64,000 nucleotides of DNA from the human T2T-CHM13v2.0 reference genome, Homo sapiens (GCF_009914755.1 NC_060942.1); one strand, 5' to 3'; counted from the first letter of the stretch, positions 29,816 through 44,500 are shown. A program made the numbers and translations. The notes: generated by a model from the sequence alone, not told the origin.

Positions 29816-32293
29816 TAAGAACGTATTGGCATTCAGATTGAAACTAGGTATACAAGGACTCAGAAATGTTATGTAAAGGGGTGGCAGGGGCCTGGGGATA
29901 TAGAAAGGCTAGAAATAAAGGGATGAGCCACATGCTCTTAGCATATTAAGATGCGATTTGACATCATCCATTTGTGGGATACCTCTCATATGTCATAAAT
30001 ATGTTTGGTACAATTGATAGAATATCTCATTAGGGGTTATGCATAATGGTTAAAAAAAACTGTATTTGAATATATACCAGTGACTCCCAGTAAACCTCTC
30101 AATACTGTCACTGCATAGATATTCTTTGGGGCACCAAATTATCTTTTTAAGGTTTTCTTGTCTTATCTTCAGTTACTGATAACAGATTCTTAGACTTTTA
30201 ATAACCCTATGGCCTAAATCTCATGATCTTTTCTCATTTGTAAAGATACTGATGATGTAGGCTAAAAAGATACTGATGATGTTGTAAGGTGAGCACTGTG
30301 TTAAAAGTAAAGGCTTCGTTTTTTATATGACTGTTAACATACCTCTCTCCCTTGGCCATACCTCTACTTGAATAAAGTTCAATCAGATCTGGCCTTTGAA
30401 ATAATTGCAGTAGGGCTGCAGTGTGTTGCTGTCAGTGACTGCTGTAGGCAACAGACCTCAGTGTTCAAGAGACCTTCTATTTGTTCTTCCCAAGCTATGC
30501 CCAGTTGAACTGATGCCTTTAACAACCAAGTCCAGTAGCTATCTCTCAACAACACTGGCACTGAAAAAAGCAGCATGTGTGGTGCCACCTGCTGCTTATG
30601 CCTGCCCTATGCCTAGGTATGCTCCCTGGGCAACTGCATGTTCCTCCAGTTTGGTCCTTAATCCTATCTTTGTGTTTATATGACGGCATTCTACTTTTTC
30701 TGTGTGCATATGTATGTATTTTTAACCAGAGTCTTACCCTGCACTGAAGCTGGCTGGAGATTGAACATGCTGTCTAGCCATTACCAGTCTCATTTGCCAG
30801 GGCTAGTTCTTGCATCTCATGTGTTTCATACCTGGCTTAGATCCTGCTCCCGAATCAGGTAGGCCTGCTGAACCAATAATGCTCCTGCCATTCCATCTCC
30901 ACTCCTGCAGAGGGATGTTTATTCAGAACATAGGCCACCTCCACCCACCTAATGACTGTCACTCTTGGAAGGCATTGGCTATACATTGGTGTTTGACCAA
31001 TTTCCTGCTTTTCCATGGACCACAGATGTTGATTTTTCTCTTTAAAGCTTTTCCAAAAGCAAACCACCTACTACTTAAACAAGAGAAGATTTATTACATT
31101 TAATCAAAAGGATAAAGTGTTTCTATAGGAATGCTCTACACATCAGCAAAAGTATCATCCCAGCTGCAGCTGAGTCAGCTGTCAACGCCTTCCTGAACAT
31201 CCCTCCTTCTACCACGGCTGTGCAGTAACTGTGGGTCCAGGTTTTACCCCCCAGCATAAAACCATGAAAGGGCAGTCAGATGTCAGATACCACTGCATTC
31301 CTCTGCTGAGATGACCTCCTGCAACACAAGCTGATTTCTTAATGCAAGTCAGTTTTATGGATTTTGCTGCCACTCAAGCTGGCTCTTGGCCATTTATTTG
31401 TTGGTCAGTCTGAGCATGGTATCCAAATGTTCCTCAAATTATCAGAAAGCAACGAGGAAGTAGTAAGGTCAGATATTGGTTGTATTTCAGGCCTCAGTTC
31501 CAATCTGAGATTACTTGCAGGGATGGAGTTCTCAAACAAGTTAGGCTATTTGTGTACTTCAAGGATTAGGAAGTCTGTACATTTTCTTTAAGAAAAAGAA
31601 AATTTTTCACTTAAGAAAAAATCTCTTATTGAGACACATCTTCAATTTCTTCCTATTTGAGAATAAAATTCAGTTTTTCTGCTTTCAGTAGCCACTTGGA
31701 ACCTCATAGGGTACAATGCATATATCAGCCTAGACATATAGAATCCAAAATATGTGTGTGTGTGTGTGCGTGCACGTGCGCGGATATGCACATATTTGTT
31801 ATTTGTTGGAAAGGGCCCTTGAAATCTGCTATAAGCCTTATAGACTTAAACCCTACAATTATTACAATCTAGGGAATTCTATTGTTCTATAGTCTTTGTC
31901 TGAGTGCTCGTGGATGTGGCTGTTGGCTGAGTTTGAGCCCTGCTTGTTCAGAACCTTCTGAAACACCTGATGGGCACCATTCATTAGCCACTCCTAAAGT
32001 AGTGAACTAGAGATGGGCTGGTGTTCCTGGTCCAGCCTCTTCCTGCCCTGCCTTCTTTCTCAGTAAGCCTGTATTGCAAAGGTCAGGGAAGGGAAACACT
32101 GTAATCCACTTGATTGATATCCATTTGACTGTCTGCTACAATATTCGTGGGATCATTGGTAACAAAGGTCATTTTGCAACCAGATTTGAGTTTCTATTTC
32201 CTCTCCTTCATATCTTCCTCCTCATCCCTTTCTTTTGGGAAAAAAATAACCATTTATATTTGCAACAGCCCAACAAATTCCAAATGCTGGCAA

Positions 32294-33243
32294 AGATGGC
32301 GCTGGCCGTGTTTAGTCTTGTCAACATCTCTTTCCTGAGGCTTCTTTCTCCCTTCTTGATGTTCATTCTCACTTAAAATGAAGTCTATTAAATACCCTGG
32401 ACAAATTTAGAGATTCACTACTTTATGCACTGGAAGAATAACAGTGAGAGATATGGCCCTGCTCTTTAGTTGCTAAAATGCTAATATCTGAGTATAGTTG
32501 AAAAATAGGAATAAAGATAGAGTTTTTAACTTTTCATTCTAAAATGAGATCAAAGCTAGGTAGAACAGTGGAGACTTCGGGTGGCTCCTTACCCTTCATT
32601 GTTCTATCGCAGTCTCACCTGAGTCTTCATTTAAACATTTAGTTTCCCTGTCCCTTTCCCTGAAGATTTTGGGATAAAGATCAACAATCTGTCTTTTTCT
32701 AAACCAGTGCTCCTACATGATTCTCAGGGTCTTTCAAATTCAAGAGACACTGGCCTAAAGGAGCTAAGTCTGAGTCTTAGCTCCTTTAGTAAAAGGATCT
32801 TAGAGATCATCACTTCCCCTCATTTTTCAGATCCATAATCTGGGGTACAGGGAGTGTCTGGGCCCTGCTAAAGTCATCCTACTCACTGATCGAGAAACTG
32901 TCTTGAGAACCTGGGTTTCCAAACTCCTGGCAAGGTATAGGGTGCTTTTTCTGCCACACCACCTGAAGATCGCCAAGATGGATGCATATACCTGGCGCCT
33001 TCGTGGAGATCAGAGGAGGACCAACAGCAACACATTAATCTGAGAGAACGTGCCTTTCCAGTAATATCCAACCGGTAGCTCATGTGATCACCCGGCACCT
33101 CAACAGTGTGCCATCCACCTCAGAGGGCTGGAGAGATGGCACCAACTAATCCTTCATGCCTGTTCCCAGAAAGAGATGGTGCTGGCCATGTTCAGTCTTG
33201 TCAAAATCTCTTTCCTGAGGCTTCTTTCTCCTCTCTTTATGTT
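32294..33243 (+). repeat. 70-bp dispersed direct duplication (32294-32363 and 33174-33243)
   Basis: 63/70 identical, no gaps, offset exactly 880 bp. Confidence 0.85.
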
Positions 33244-34471
33244 TGCATCTGGGGAGTTAATCAAATAGATTGTGAATATTGGGAAAATATTGTATTTGAT
33301 TTTACGTTCTGTATACAGCCAATGATAGGTCCTCAGAATATGGGGAAAATGATACAAAATTAGCTTTTTCTACTCTTTTGACTCAACTGAATTTTACTAT
33401 GTGCTCTTTAAATCCAATATCTGTAAATTATTGCTGGGATATCTGGTATCTTTAATGAAGTCCATTTATTTTAAGGACATGTATAAAAATAAGGGAAAAA
33501 ATCATTTACTGAGAGTATAAAAATCTGTTTAGGTGTTTTGAATATATTATATGTATTATATACTTGGTAGAATTATAAAGTAATAGGACTTTTTTTTTAA
33601 ATGAACCCAAGTTTTCATCCCCTTCAAAGAAGTATTCCTGGAAATTAACCTGTGAGTCATATTAAAAAACCAAAAGAAAAACCTGCTTCATTTTTTATCC
33701 CAAACTCTATAATCTTAAATGATCATTCATACCACTACTCAAATTCCAGGTGACTTTTGAAAGGGGTTCCAAGAATCAAATTTGCCTGTGAACATACAGG
33801 TTTAAAATATTTAAATGCATGTGTTTCAGTTGTTGGGGAAATATAATTCTGCCAACACAAGACCCTTCTGAAACATAGAGAAGAGGGAGAAACCATTTAT
33901 TACCTGGTGAGCATTATCAGATTTACACACACATCCAGCAGCATGGAAGTGACTATAAAGTCTGGACAGAATCGCACATAAATTTATACAGTAAAGTAGA
34001 AAAAAAGACAATTAAAATGTCTCATCTGTTTGACAGACAAATGAATATGCACCTTGTGATTGTCCCTATATGCCTCCCGTGTTAATTTTGGAGGCATGTA
34101 TTTATAGTTCCAAGGGTCAGAAGGCTTGTGACCTGCTTTGTAAAATCAAAAGTTCTGTGGCCTCTTAGTTTTCAGAGACACTCTAAAGAGGAGAGCGCGA
34201 GAAGACATCCACATCCCTTATTAAAGAACGTTTTGTCACTTTACACTTACATGTGCCTTGAAGCCAATTCCCTAAGAAATGTTCCAGCAGTGATCTGAGA
34301 CACATCTGTATGATTGGAAGCAGGATGTTACCTGCTAGGGTGACTATTTGGAACAAAACCCACTAATTTAGTTATCAAAGTCTCAGTATGTTTACTTAAA
34401 AAGTCAGTTCCAGTCCCAGTTTGTATGTGGGCAGAATTGCTAAATGTGAACGTTCATTTAAAAAGTCATTT

Positions 34472-34482
34472 TGCTGAGTCAC
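34472..34482. promoter_or_regulatory. Consensus NF-E2/NRF2/BACH-type ARE (TGCTGAGTCAC)
   Basis: Exact TGCTGAGTCAY with T-rich 5' flank in non-repeat DNA; function unproven. Confidence 0.35.
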
Positions 34483-34870
34483 TCATTCAGTGAAAACCCA
34501 AGGGAGTTAATTACACAGTGGGAGTAGAGGCCGTGAGGGCAGATGACTCGATTTGCTCACAGAAAGGAGATGGAAGTGAGGGCCCAGCTTGAGGAGCTGC
34601 CTGGGTAGTATTTTCTGAAAGACTAGCGGGAGTCCAGACACTTCCCAACTTGAAGGAAGTGCTACTCTTTTGTTTTAATGCTGTGACTTTGACTAACAGC
34701 TAAGCGGAAGCTGTGAGGTAAAGTGCCAAAGCTACAGGAAACAGGTAGAGGATTTGCCAACAAATAGAAATAATTAACATTTTCTTCTAAACAAGTAGTG
34801 ATATGGGAGGCAACCTCATTGATGTTATGCTGGTTTGTTTTCCACTTTCTTTGATATACTCAGCTTTTTA

Positions 34871-35172
<302 letters not shown>

Positions 35173-35189
35173 TACTCAGCTTTTTAGAG

Positions 35190-35396
35190 CAGCTCTATCC
35201 CATAAAATTTTCTGCGATGATGCAGATGTTCTGTATCTGTAGCTGTCTATATGTAGCCAGTGGTCACGTGTGACGATTGAGCACTTGAAATGTGGATCAT
35301 GTGACTGAGAAACTCAAGATTTAATTGTGTTTAATTTTAATTAATATAAATGTAAATAGTTACAAGGGCCCAGCAGCTACCGTATTGGACAATACT
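35190..35396. mobile_element. MER3-like hAT MITE
   Basis: 'ttctgcgatgatgcagatgttctgtatctg','ttgagcacttgaaatgtgg','gctaccgtattggaca'. Confidence 0.7.
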
Positions 35397-37559
35397 TTGG
35401 AAAGAACCAAGTACTTCTATAGTTCCTGGAAAGTACTTATACTTTTTTTTATAAATTTTGCTCATTTATTTTTTTCTTCCACAGCCATATTGTTAACTGA
35501 AAACACATAAAGTACGAGTGTTACATTTTTTTTCTTTCTTGTTCCAAGTAACTTTTCCCTGTGTCTGCAGCGTTACAGGCCACTAAGGTCAATCTCATCC
35601 TCTAGGACAGGACTCAGTGGGAAGCGTGATTGCCTGGTAGTACTAGGCTTTTTCAGACTTGTTGGCACCCACCCTGATCAAGAGCTAGTAGAGCTGACAT
35701 GTCTTAGCAACTTGGCAGACAGAGAAATCACCACTCACTTGGCTTTGGTCATTTCCCTTGTGTTCTCTATTTCTTTTCTGAGAAGACTCTGGGGAAGTGA
35801 GAAATTGCACTGCTCATGCTGTGGGCTCTGGCACAGAATTCTGGCTGTTGGGGCAGCAGATGTGCTGCGGGAGGTATCTTTCAAGGAACTGCATATGGGC
35901 CAATGTTGGAGGAGGAGGTATCTTTTTAGATAGGATTCTTTCCCTGCCACACAAATGCTGGCTCTTATCTCTATAATTCCCCTGTGAGATTTAATATCTC
36001 TTTCAACACACGACCATGTGTGTTGAATAAAGGTTGAATAAAGGCACAAAGCATAATTGCTTTCATTTCAAATCCTGCTGGCTTTATGTATATTCCTTAA
36101 ACAAACTAGAAGGACACTCAGGGATGCTGTGACATTATTTCTTCATTTCACTAACACCTGTGCCGGAGACCCAGGGAGGGGAAGTGTCTTTTTGGGGGTC
36201 AGGGTTGCATGGCTGGTTCCTATAGAGACTGGATTTAGTCGATAAATTCTTGAAATTGGTTGAATTTGATTATATCGTCTCAATCATTAAAATATGATAT
36301 ATTTGATTTAGGGGTAGTATATTAATAATATTTATCCTAGTCTCCCCAAGAAATTGGGAAAGACCTTTGCTTTAATTTTTTTCAGGGCACCAATCCTGTA
36401 GTGAGCTCCTGCATGTACAAGCAATATGCTAGGGCTGTAACCTCTGCCTGGTGTCATTACCTTCATTAACATCAGAGTCTTGATAATAAAAACCCCAGGG
36501 CTAGGACTTCTGGCCCAATGTTGGGAAATAAATTCAGCAGCTATGACTTTAGTGACCCAGAGAGTCCACCCAGTCAAAGGTGACTGGTTATATTCAATGA
36601 AATTCCTGAACCAAAGGGAAAGCCTCTGTCCCACTGGAAACAGGCCCCCTCTCATGACTGTTCTCATTAGAACTGAATTGAGTTTCTCAGAGAATCCCAC
36701 AGCCCTCTGCTAAAGAGAGACATGAGCCGTGGGAGCTACTTTTTTGGGTACTGATCCATCTGAATGCTGCCTCTGATCTCAGCAGAGCAGCTTGCTACCT
36801 ACTACTTCTGTGAGTTTACTAGCCATCTTAGCCTGTGTTCTATTTGTGGTTTTATGGTTTAATCACCTAAGTCTATTCCATCTGAGTTCCTACTTCCTCT
36901 TTGCTTTTCCTGCCTTGCTTTTGGTAGTGTGCTTTGGTTCAACCCTCAGCCTACACCTGTGTTCCAGATGAGTCCATCTTACATCCTGACTCAAAAGAGG
37001 GGAACCTTATTTTGAAGCCTTTCTCTGGCTTCCTGCTTGCCCTTCTGTGTCCTGCCTGGAGCCTGTCTCTGCCACAGAAAGCAAATTCTGATTTGTTGTC
37101 TTCAGTCTGGTCCTCATAAATATTTTTCTAAAGCTTTTCTAGATAAAAAAGAAAGATGACTACCTCATAATTCTGACCCTCTATTTTCTCTGTCCCAGCT
37201 GCTGGTCTGGAAGAGAGAAGGCTGGATGCAGGAACACTTTGGCACAGGCTCCTAGGATCCTGGGATCAGGACATAATAAATTTACTTTGAATAAATGGTA
37301 ATGAGGGTTCTTATTTGCATATGTTCTCATATATTTTTCTCCAAGCACTTTCATATTCATTGTTCTATTTGCTCTTCTTGATCTGGAGTAAAGAAATTAC
37401 TAGATTACAAATCAAAGTAGGAGCTGAAACAGAAACAATCCAGGTCTTTGCACTTGCTGAGTTTAGAGGTTTAACACTGGGCTTTTTCATACGGTATTTC
37501 TGCAAACTTGTTACTTCTTCTGCTGTCCTTGTTTCAGTTAATATCACAATGTACCCCTT

Positions 37560-38390
37560 TACCCAATTTAGAAACCTCTGAATCATCTTCTATTCCTCTC
37601 TATCTCTGCCTACTCACATCTATCAGTCATCAACTTTTTAAATTTTTTTTTTTTACTTTCTCCTCTAAATATTTTCCCAGTCCACCCTTTCTCTACTTCT
37701 TTGAGAGGTAGTAAGGGTGTAATTCTGGTCTTTCCCATATATTACTTAGACGGTTAAAATTGCCTTCTAATGAGGTCTTCCCTCGTCCCACCTACTAAGC
37801 AAGTTTAATGCAAGCATTTGCAATACTGCTTTTAGGGTAGCCAAGATTGTCTGCTACAGTTTATTTCAAAATTTCTTTCCTCTCCTTGAAGGCTTTATGA
37901 CCAACAGGATATGTCTAAACTCTTTGGCAAGACTCTCTCCAAAGTCACTTACTTCACTTATCCATCACACAGCCTAGTTTCCATCAAAGGATCTTTTGAA
38001 TGCCTTCTGGGCTGTACTGAGCTTTTATGTAAGCTTTTCTTACAACCAAAAGGCCCACCCCGCCTATTGTGCAAAAGACGCCTCCTTAGACTTCAAGATA
38101 TAATTTTAATTTTCCCTCTGCAAGCCTGTCCTTACTCCATCTCCCAGACAGTGGCAACTTTCCCCTAGATTCCAAGTCCATTGTCCATTCTGTACCTTTG
38201 TCTCTTGTCACTTGGATGCTGCATATACTTACTGTTGCACTTGTCTAACTCACAGCCAATGCATGGGGGTGAAGCTAGTTCTTACTCCTGTAAGTCTTGT
38301 ATTCCACTTGCCATTTTTCTTGCTATCACACCAGCCTTCGTAAGTGCCGACATAGTGTGTAACATATATCAAATATGCATTAAATGTTAA
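37560..38390 (+). mobile_element. L2 fragments
   Basis: Pyrimidine-rich L2 3' region motifs ending 'catagtgtgtaacatatatcaaatatgcattaaatg'; boundaries approximate. Confidence 0.45.
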
Positions 38391-38707
38391 TTTTCTTGTC
38401 CACTCATGAAAGTAAAGCGACTGTCATTTATTTAGTGATTAGTCGTTGAGCTGTATGTACCTTATTGAGACTCAGTATTATTTCCATATTCTTTATAAGG
38501 ATAATAAGATTTCTTCTCTTTTTGCTTTTTCTTCCAGGACATTGCAAAGTGACTCATTGTCAGTATAACAAATTAACCTGCTATAAATTGTTTATTGATT
38601 CTATTGAGTGATTGTGTTGTTCTTCTCAAGCATGATATATCCATTCATTAGGAGCCTTCCAAGGTTTTCCCTTAAACAGTGACATTAATGATTGGATAGC
38701 AGTGGGG

Positions 38708-39126
38708 CAGTGATGTGCTGGAGTCAGATTGTACTGGCTTCTGAGAATCAATTGTTAAGTTTTCATGATTTTTATTACCTGGTTGTTAAAAACAGCCCTC
38801 ATTAAAAATTAAATTATGTAAACTTACAAAATAAGTTATATTTTAAAAGGCAAACACTCATTACTTTGTAATTATTTTGCAGCATTTAACTATTATCTAT
38901 ATTTTGAAGTTGTACATTTATTGTACCTGTGTAGTATAAATACTATATATATAATAATGTGCTAATGGGCACCTCTTCCCAACTTCATGTTTAAAGACAT
39001 CACATTGGTAGCTTAAAATTGGCCATGATGAGAGTATTTACACCACAGGCATTAGCAAACATTACAAATCAGGCCTCCTACCTCCAACCCTGCCTTGATT
39101 GTTAAACATTTATCAGAACAACATGG
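38708..39126 (+). mobile_element. MER63-like hAT-Blackjack DNA element
   Basis: CAGTGATGTGCTGGAG start, 'attaaaaattaaattat', 'ggtagcttaaaattggccatg..gagtatttacaccac', 'gattgttaaacattta'. Confidence 0.7.
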
Positions 39127-39153
39127 CGATAGAGGCATAGTCAGAGTCATTTT

Positions 39154-39245
39154 TTTTTCAGAAAAAGAAAATACCCAAAGAATATATAGTCATGCATATT
39201 CATATATAGTCATATATTCTTTGGGTATTTTCTTTTTCTGAAAAA
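39154..39245. repeat. Perfect 34-bp inverted repeat with 24-nt spacer
   Basis: 39154-39187 is the exact reverse complement of 39212-39245. Confidence 0.95.
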
Positions 39246-40029
39246 TTCTGCTTATGCCATAATTTTCATGATTTTTTTTCAAATAGTAAAATGTTAAAGA
39301 CACTTCTATAATGTAAGATCAAACATATACTCTGCCAATATACATCAGCATAGTCATAGTGATAGTCAAATTATAGGCATACTTCTATACTAATTGGCAA
39401 AAAATAGAGAAAAACAAAACTCTCAAAACCCATAGAAAACAAAAATCCTGCAGCTCCAAGATCTTCACGGGCTCCTCAGCCACCTAGGTCAGCCAATCCC
39501 TTCGTTAGGATTTCTGGGACCACGAGGGAGCAATGAAATGATCAATGCCTGGCCCAAGAGGGACTTTCCAAAGCCTGACCCTGAACCAGACTTTCAGCCT
39601 TTTACTATTTAAGGCACACGAAGGACAGAGGAGAGATCATTTTAGATCGGGAGTTTTTCTTGTTGGTTGTCAAAGTATGCCATGTAAACAATCACCTATT
39701 TAACTGACACATAGCACCAGTCTGAAAGCCCAGTCTTTATCCTCCTCTGTTGAAAAAGGTTCTTTAGTTCATGGAACAGTGTATTCTGTGCATTACACAC
39801 GGCAGTGGGGGGTGATTTTTGTCCAACACAGTGATTCTCTGCATTGGCTGCATATATGAGTCTTCCGAGGAGCTCCTAGAAAAAATAACAACTTCCTGGC
39901 CCTAATTAAATTAGAGCCTATTGGGGGTGTGAGAGAGCGCCCTGACATTATCATTCTTTACAAGCTCTCTGCATGCTTCCAATAAGCAGCTGATTTAATA
40001 TGAAGAATGAGGCCAGAGATTAGTAGTCC

Positions 40030-40210
40030 CTACATCTCAGCTGGAATTCTACCAGGTACCAGCTGTGTGATACTGGCCAAGTTGAACTCTGTGAGTCTCA
40101 GTTTCCATATTTGTGCAATGGGAATAATAATAACCTGCTTCACAGAGTGCTCTAGAAATTATGTGAAAGTGTGAGGGAGAGCAGTTTCTGAGTGGTAAAG
40201 TACTAAACAA
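40030..40210 (+). mobile_element. MIR fragment
   Basis: 'accagctgtgtgatactggccaagttgaactctgtgagtctcagtttccatatttgtgcaatgggaataataata'. Confidence 0.65.
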
Positions 40211-40219
40211 TACAAGTGA

Positions 40220-40610
<391 letters not shown>

Positions 40611-41566
40611 TAACAATAGCCAAAACCCTCTGCCTAGGTCTGGGGAGATGAATAACACTAATATTTTTAAGCACACCTGTGTAATTGTGGAATCTGGTTT
40701 GAATGCACATCACCCTCCAACAATATGTTCGAAAGCCAGCTAAGCTACCGGCCTCTGTAACATCACAGGGCAGGGAGCTCCAAAGGTTAATTACAATTGG
40801 ATGCTCCTATACCATTTTGAATGCCCCGCTGTTACATGTCACCCAGTGTCCCCTGGTTCTCTTTCATGGACCTGGAAAGCCAATCATCCCCATGACCTTT
40901 GGTTCTCTTCCCTTTATTTTAGAAGCAAATACATTTTAGCTTCCAGGATTAGACAGCTAGGAAATTGTGAACACTATGTTCCAATCCCTTTGTTTGCTGA
41001 AACTTGAAGGATCCTGGCTAGATGCTTACATGTATGAGAATAACAGATAAAAAGAGTTGCAATTTAACTTTGAGACCAGACTAATTTTGAGAGACTGAGT
41101 CCTGAAGTACTTTTTTTCAGTCACAAAAGCTTCAGAAGGGCAGAAGAAAGGCTTGACTCAGTAACCCAGGAATGTAGCAGCTGATGTTCGAGGACAAGCT
41201 GGTGTATGCAGGAGCACCAGATGTCCCGACAGAAGAAAGCGGATGCCACAGATTGGGAAGAGCTGTGGCAGGGGAGAGAGCCAACTCAGATTTCTTCTTC
41301 TGACTAATTCTGATTTTCTGATTAATGAATGCTTATAATAAAAAAATCATCATCACAGAAAGGGGAAATACATCTACAATACCCATGATTATACTGCACC
41401 GAACATCACTTTAAGTTTTGAAGTATAATTCTTTGGGTATTTTCTCTTTCTGAAAAATTCTGCTTATGCCATCATTTTCATAATTTTTTTCAAATAGTAA
41501 AATGTTAAAGACACTTCTATAAGACCAGACATAATACTCTTTGCCTTTCTTTCTACTCTCTCTCTC

Positions 41567-41597
<31 letters not shown>

Positions 41598-41604
41598 AGA
41601 GACA

Positions 41605-41640
<36 letters not shown>
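41567..41640. repeat. Compound (CA)n(GA)n microsatellite
   Basis: Direct inspection. Confidence 0.95.
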
Positions 41641-43929
41641 ATGTCCTAGGTACTGAGCTGTGTGCTAATTTTTAATAAGAGCAATTTTGTGTCAGTCTTA
41701 TCACAGAATTCCTCAGCTGTCAGGGATAGCCAGAGTTCATCAGCAAGCCCTTCTGTGCTAGGAAGGTCTCAAGTTTGCATCCACAATAATCCCACAAAGC
41801 ATACATTGCAGTATCTGTATCACTCTCTGCTTCTCATCTTGGAAAACTGAGCAAGGTTAAAAATACCTTCACTCCAAATGATGTTAGCTGCAAAGCAGAT
41901 CCAACCATAGCTCTGCCCCCCACTCGGTCCTAGCCAGCTGTGAAAGGGCCTAATGAGCAGGCTCTGGGAGAGAGCTGCTGGGGGCGTGTGGCTGGAGTCC
42001 TCCACGTCCATCCACTAGCCGATGGTCATCAGCAGGTTGGAGGAAGGTAATTGCCCTTGCAACTTCTTTTAGCAGCCACAGTAAAGGTCCTGCATAAATA
42101 CCCAGGTCTGGATGCAGGAATAGAATTGCCACACTGCAAAAGTCAAGTGAGTTTATCAACTGGGTCAGCTTCTGTCTTTCCCTATGGGATCCAGGAGATA
42201 TTAATAAATTTGAGAAATTATTAGGTACCAAATGTCCAATGGGCCTTCCCTCAAGTCTGTATCAGCCCACCTATGTTTTCCAGTGTGGAATCCCACTCCT
42301 CACTAACTGCATCCTCTACAGGCAGCCTTGGAGGATACCCTGTGCTCCTGCAGCAGGTCTACTCCCTAGCTCCACTCTTGATGCACATGTTGTGAGATGT
42401 CCCCAACAACCGATGGGCATTTCTTAGGAGGGTTGAAGGATATACATTTTCTTTTAGGCTTGATACCATATGTGGATATGGTTCTTACTAGTCCGTGGAC
42501 ATGCATTTATTTATCATCCACTTAATTCCCTGTTTAAAGAGATTTATAGAATGCTTCACAGGTACTTATGAAGTACTTCAGGGAACACAGAGAGCTATAG
42601 GACATGGTCTTTCCCCTGAAGAAGCCTCCATTCTGGAGGTATAAAACAGAGACATACTAAACATATCAGTAGCCAAGGAAGAATATGATTGAACATCATA
42701 TTTGATGGAAACTGAAGGGGTCTGAAGGGCTATATGTCACCTTTGATAAATTGATGAAAATGATCTGGCTGGCCTGGAGTAGGGGGAAGGAGAGAGGTAT
42801 ATTCCTCAAACAGAACTGAGCAAAGAACACGCTAGGTCCATGAGACAATGAAGAAACTGGACAAGTCCAGGGAAGAAAGGTATGTTGGCTGCTATCTACA
42901 TGTGGCATGGGTGGAATTAAATCCTGAAGGAAGGGAAAAGACAGTAAAGGGGAAAGGGGGAGCTGCTTGGTAAGTTCAAAGAAATTTAAACTTGAATGTC
43001 TCCCATTGCCCTGGGGTATCGTTACTTCAACAAAGGCTATTACAAAATTAAATTATTCTCTTCTGCATGGCTTAACCTTATTCCTCCTAATGTCTTCTTT
43101 CGTTGGAGGTCAGTAACTTCAGGTCAGTGGTGGAGATGGTTAAGCATTATGGAGCGTTTTACAACTATTTGGCCTAGTTTGGGAGAGTAGGGTAATAAAG
43201 ACACTGACTTTTAACTAAATTTTCAATAATGCTGCTAGGTGGAATGGAGTCTGGTCATTTTCTCTCCCTGTAACCAACTCTATGTGTTTTAAATCTGGTG
43301 GGTCATGAAATTGAACAGGCTCCTCAGGATTTTCCCCTAGATCCTTATCCCCACCAGTTCAGTGGACCAACCTAGAAGTGATAAACCTCAGAGAATATTA
43401 GTAATTTAGTCCTAATGCAACACTGATCAGTTAAAATATGCTGTATTCCCTGAGGTTTCCCACTTTCCCTCCACAAATGCTCTGCTTAGACCATTGAGAG
43501 ATGAATAAATCCTGGTGGTATCTTTGTGATGAATCTTCTGGCTTTGTTGCCAGTAATTAGAATCAAAGGTTTGAGTCTCTCTTGGTATTCAAGTTATAGC
43601 ATTCATTCTAAATCTCCTGGGCTGAAAGGTCTAGAGTAGAGTTAGAGAAGATCTGATTCATTCCCTTTATATGATATCTGAGGAAACTCAAGACTCGAAA
43701 GGGAAAGTGACAGTTTATGCTTCATTAAGGGATGACAGAGTTGGTCCAAGCCTTAATTGCCTGTTTCTACTTGACTGTGCTACTCCTGCCTTCAGCTCAG
43801 TCCCCATCTGGCTGTCCACCTCTCCCATTACCATTTATCAAATAACCGTGTAAAAAATATTTAAATGAAAAATTTAAGTCACTAATAATTCCTCTATAGT
43901 AATAAAACTACGGTTACTATTTTAAATTA

Positions 43930-44500
43930 TATCTCCTCAATTTTTTGTGTGTGCATATGGGCTACTGGGTACATAACATGTATCTTTCGCTCAAATGGAA
44001 TCACCATTACATTTGTTTTGTAACCTATTTTCTTTTTGTCTACATTTATCATGAGCATCTTTTCACATCACCAATTATAGACTGGCATCTTTATATTTAA
44101 AGATTGCATTGCATTCTGTCTTGTGGATGAATCATAATAGTGAAATACAATATCCTACTGCTGTATTTAAAAATTATTTTTAGTTGCAGCCTATTTCCAT
44201 TTATTTCCTTAGGACCAATTCCAACAAGTGGAATTTTTAAGTCAAAGGATATGTGCATTCGTTGAGACTTTTGATATATAGACCAAAATGCCCTCTGGGA
44301 AAGTTGGAACAATTTACAATCTCACTAGGAATATAGTAGGAGAACATTCTTTCCCCATACCCTCAAACACAGTGAACACTAACATTTTTGCTCATCCTTT
44401 ATAATCTGATAGATTAACCATTTTAAGCTCTTCCTATATGAATTTGCATTCCTTGATAACTAGTGAATTAAATTTTTTTCCCACAAGTTCATTGATCATT
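43930..44500 (-). mobile_element. Old L1ME-like fragments
   Basis: 'aagtggaatttttaagtcaaaggatatgtgcatt','ccaaaatgccctctgggaaag','aatttgcattccttgataactagtg'. Confidence 0.55.

Noticed and set aside
32970-33045. Kozak-like GCCAAGATGG start in a slightly CpG-rich patch
   Set aside because: The ORF is only 21 codons, with no recognisable homology or splice support.
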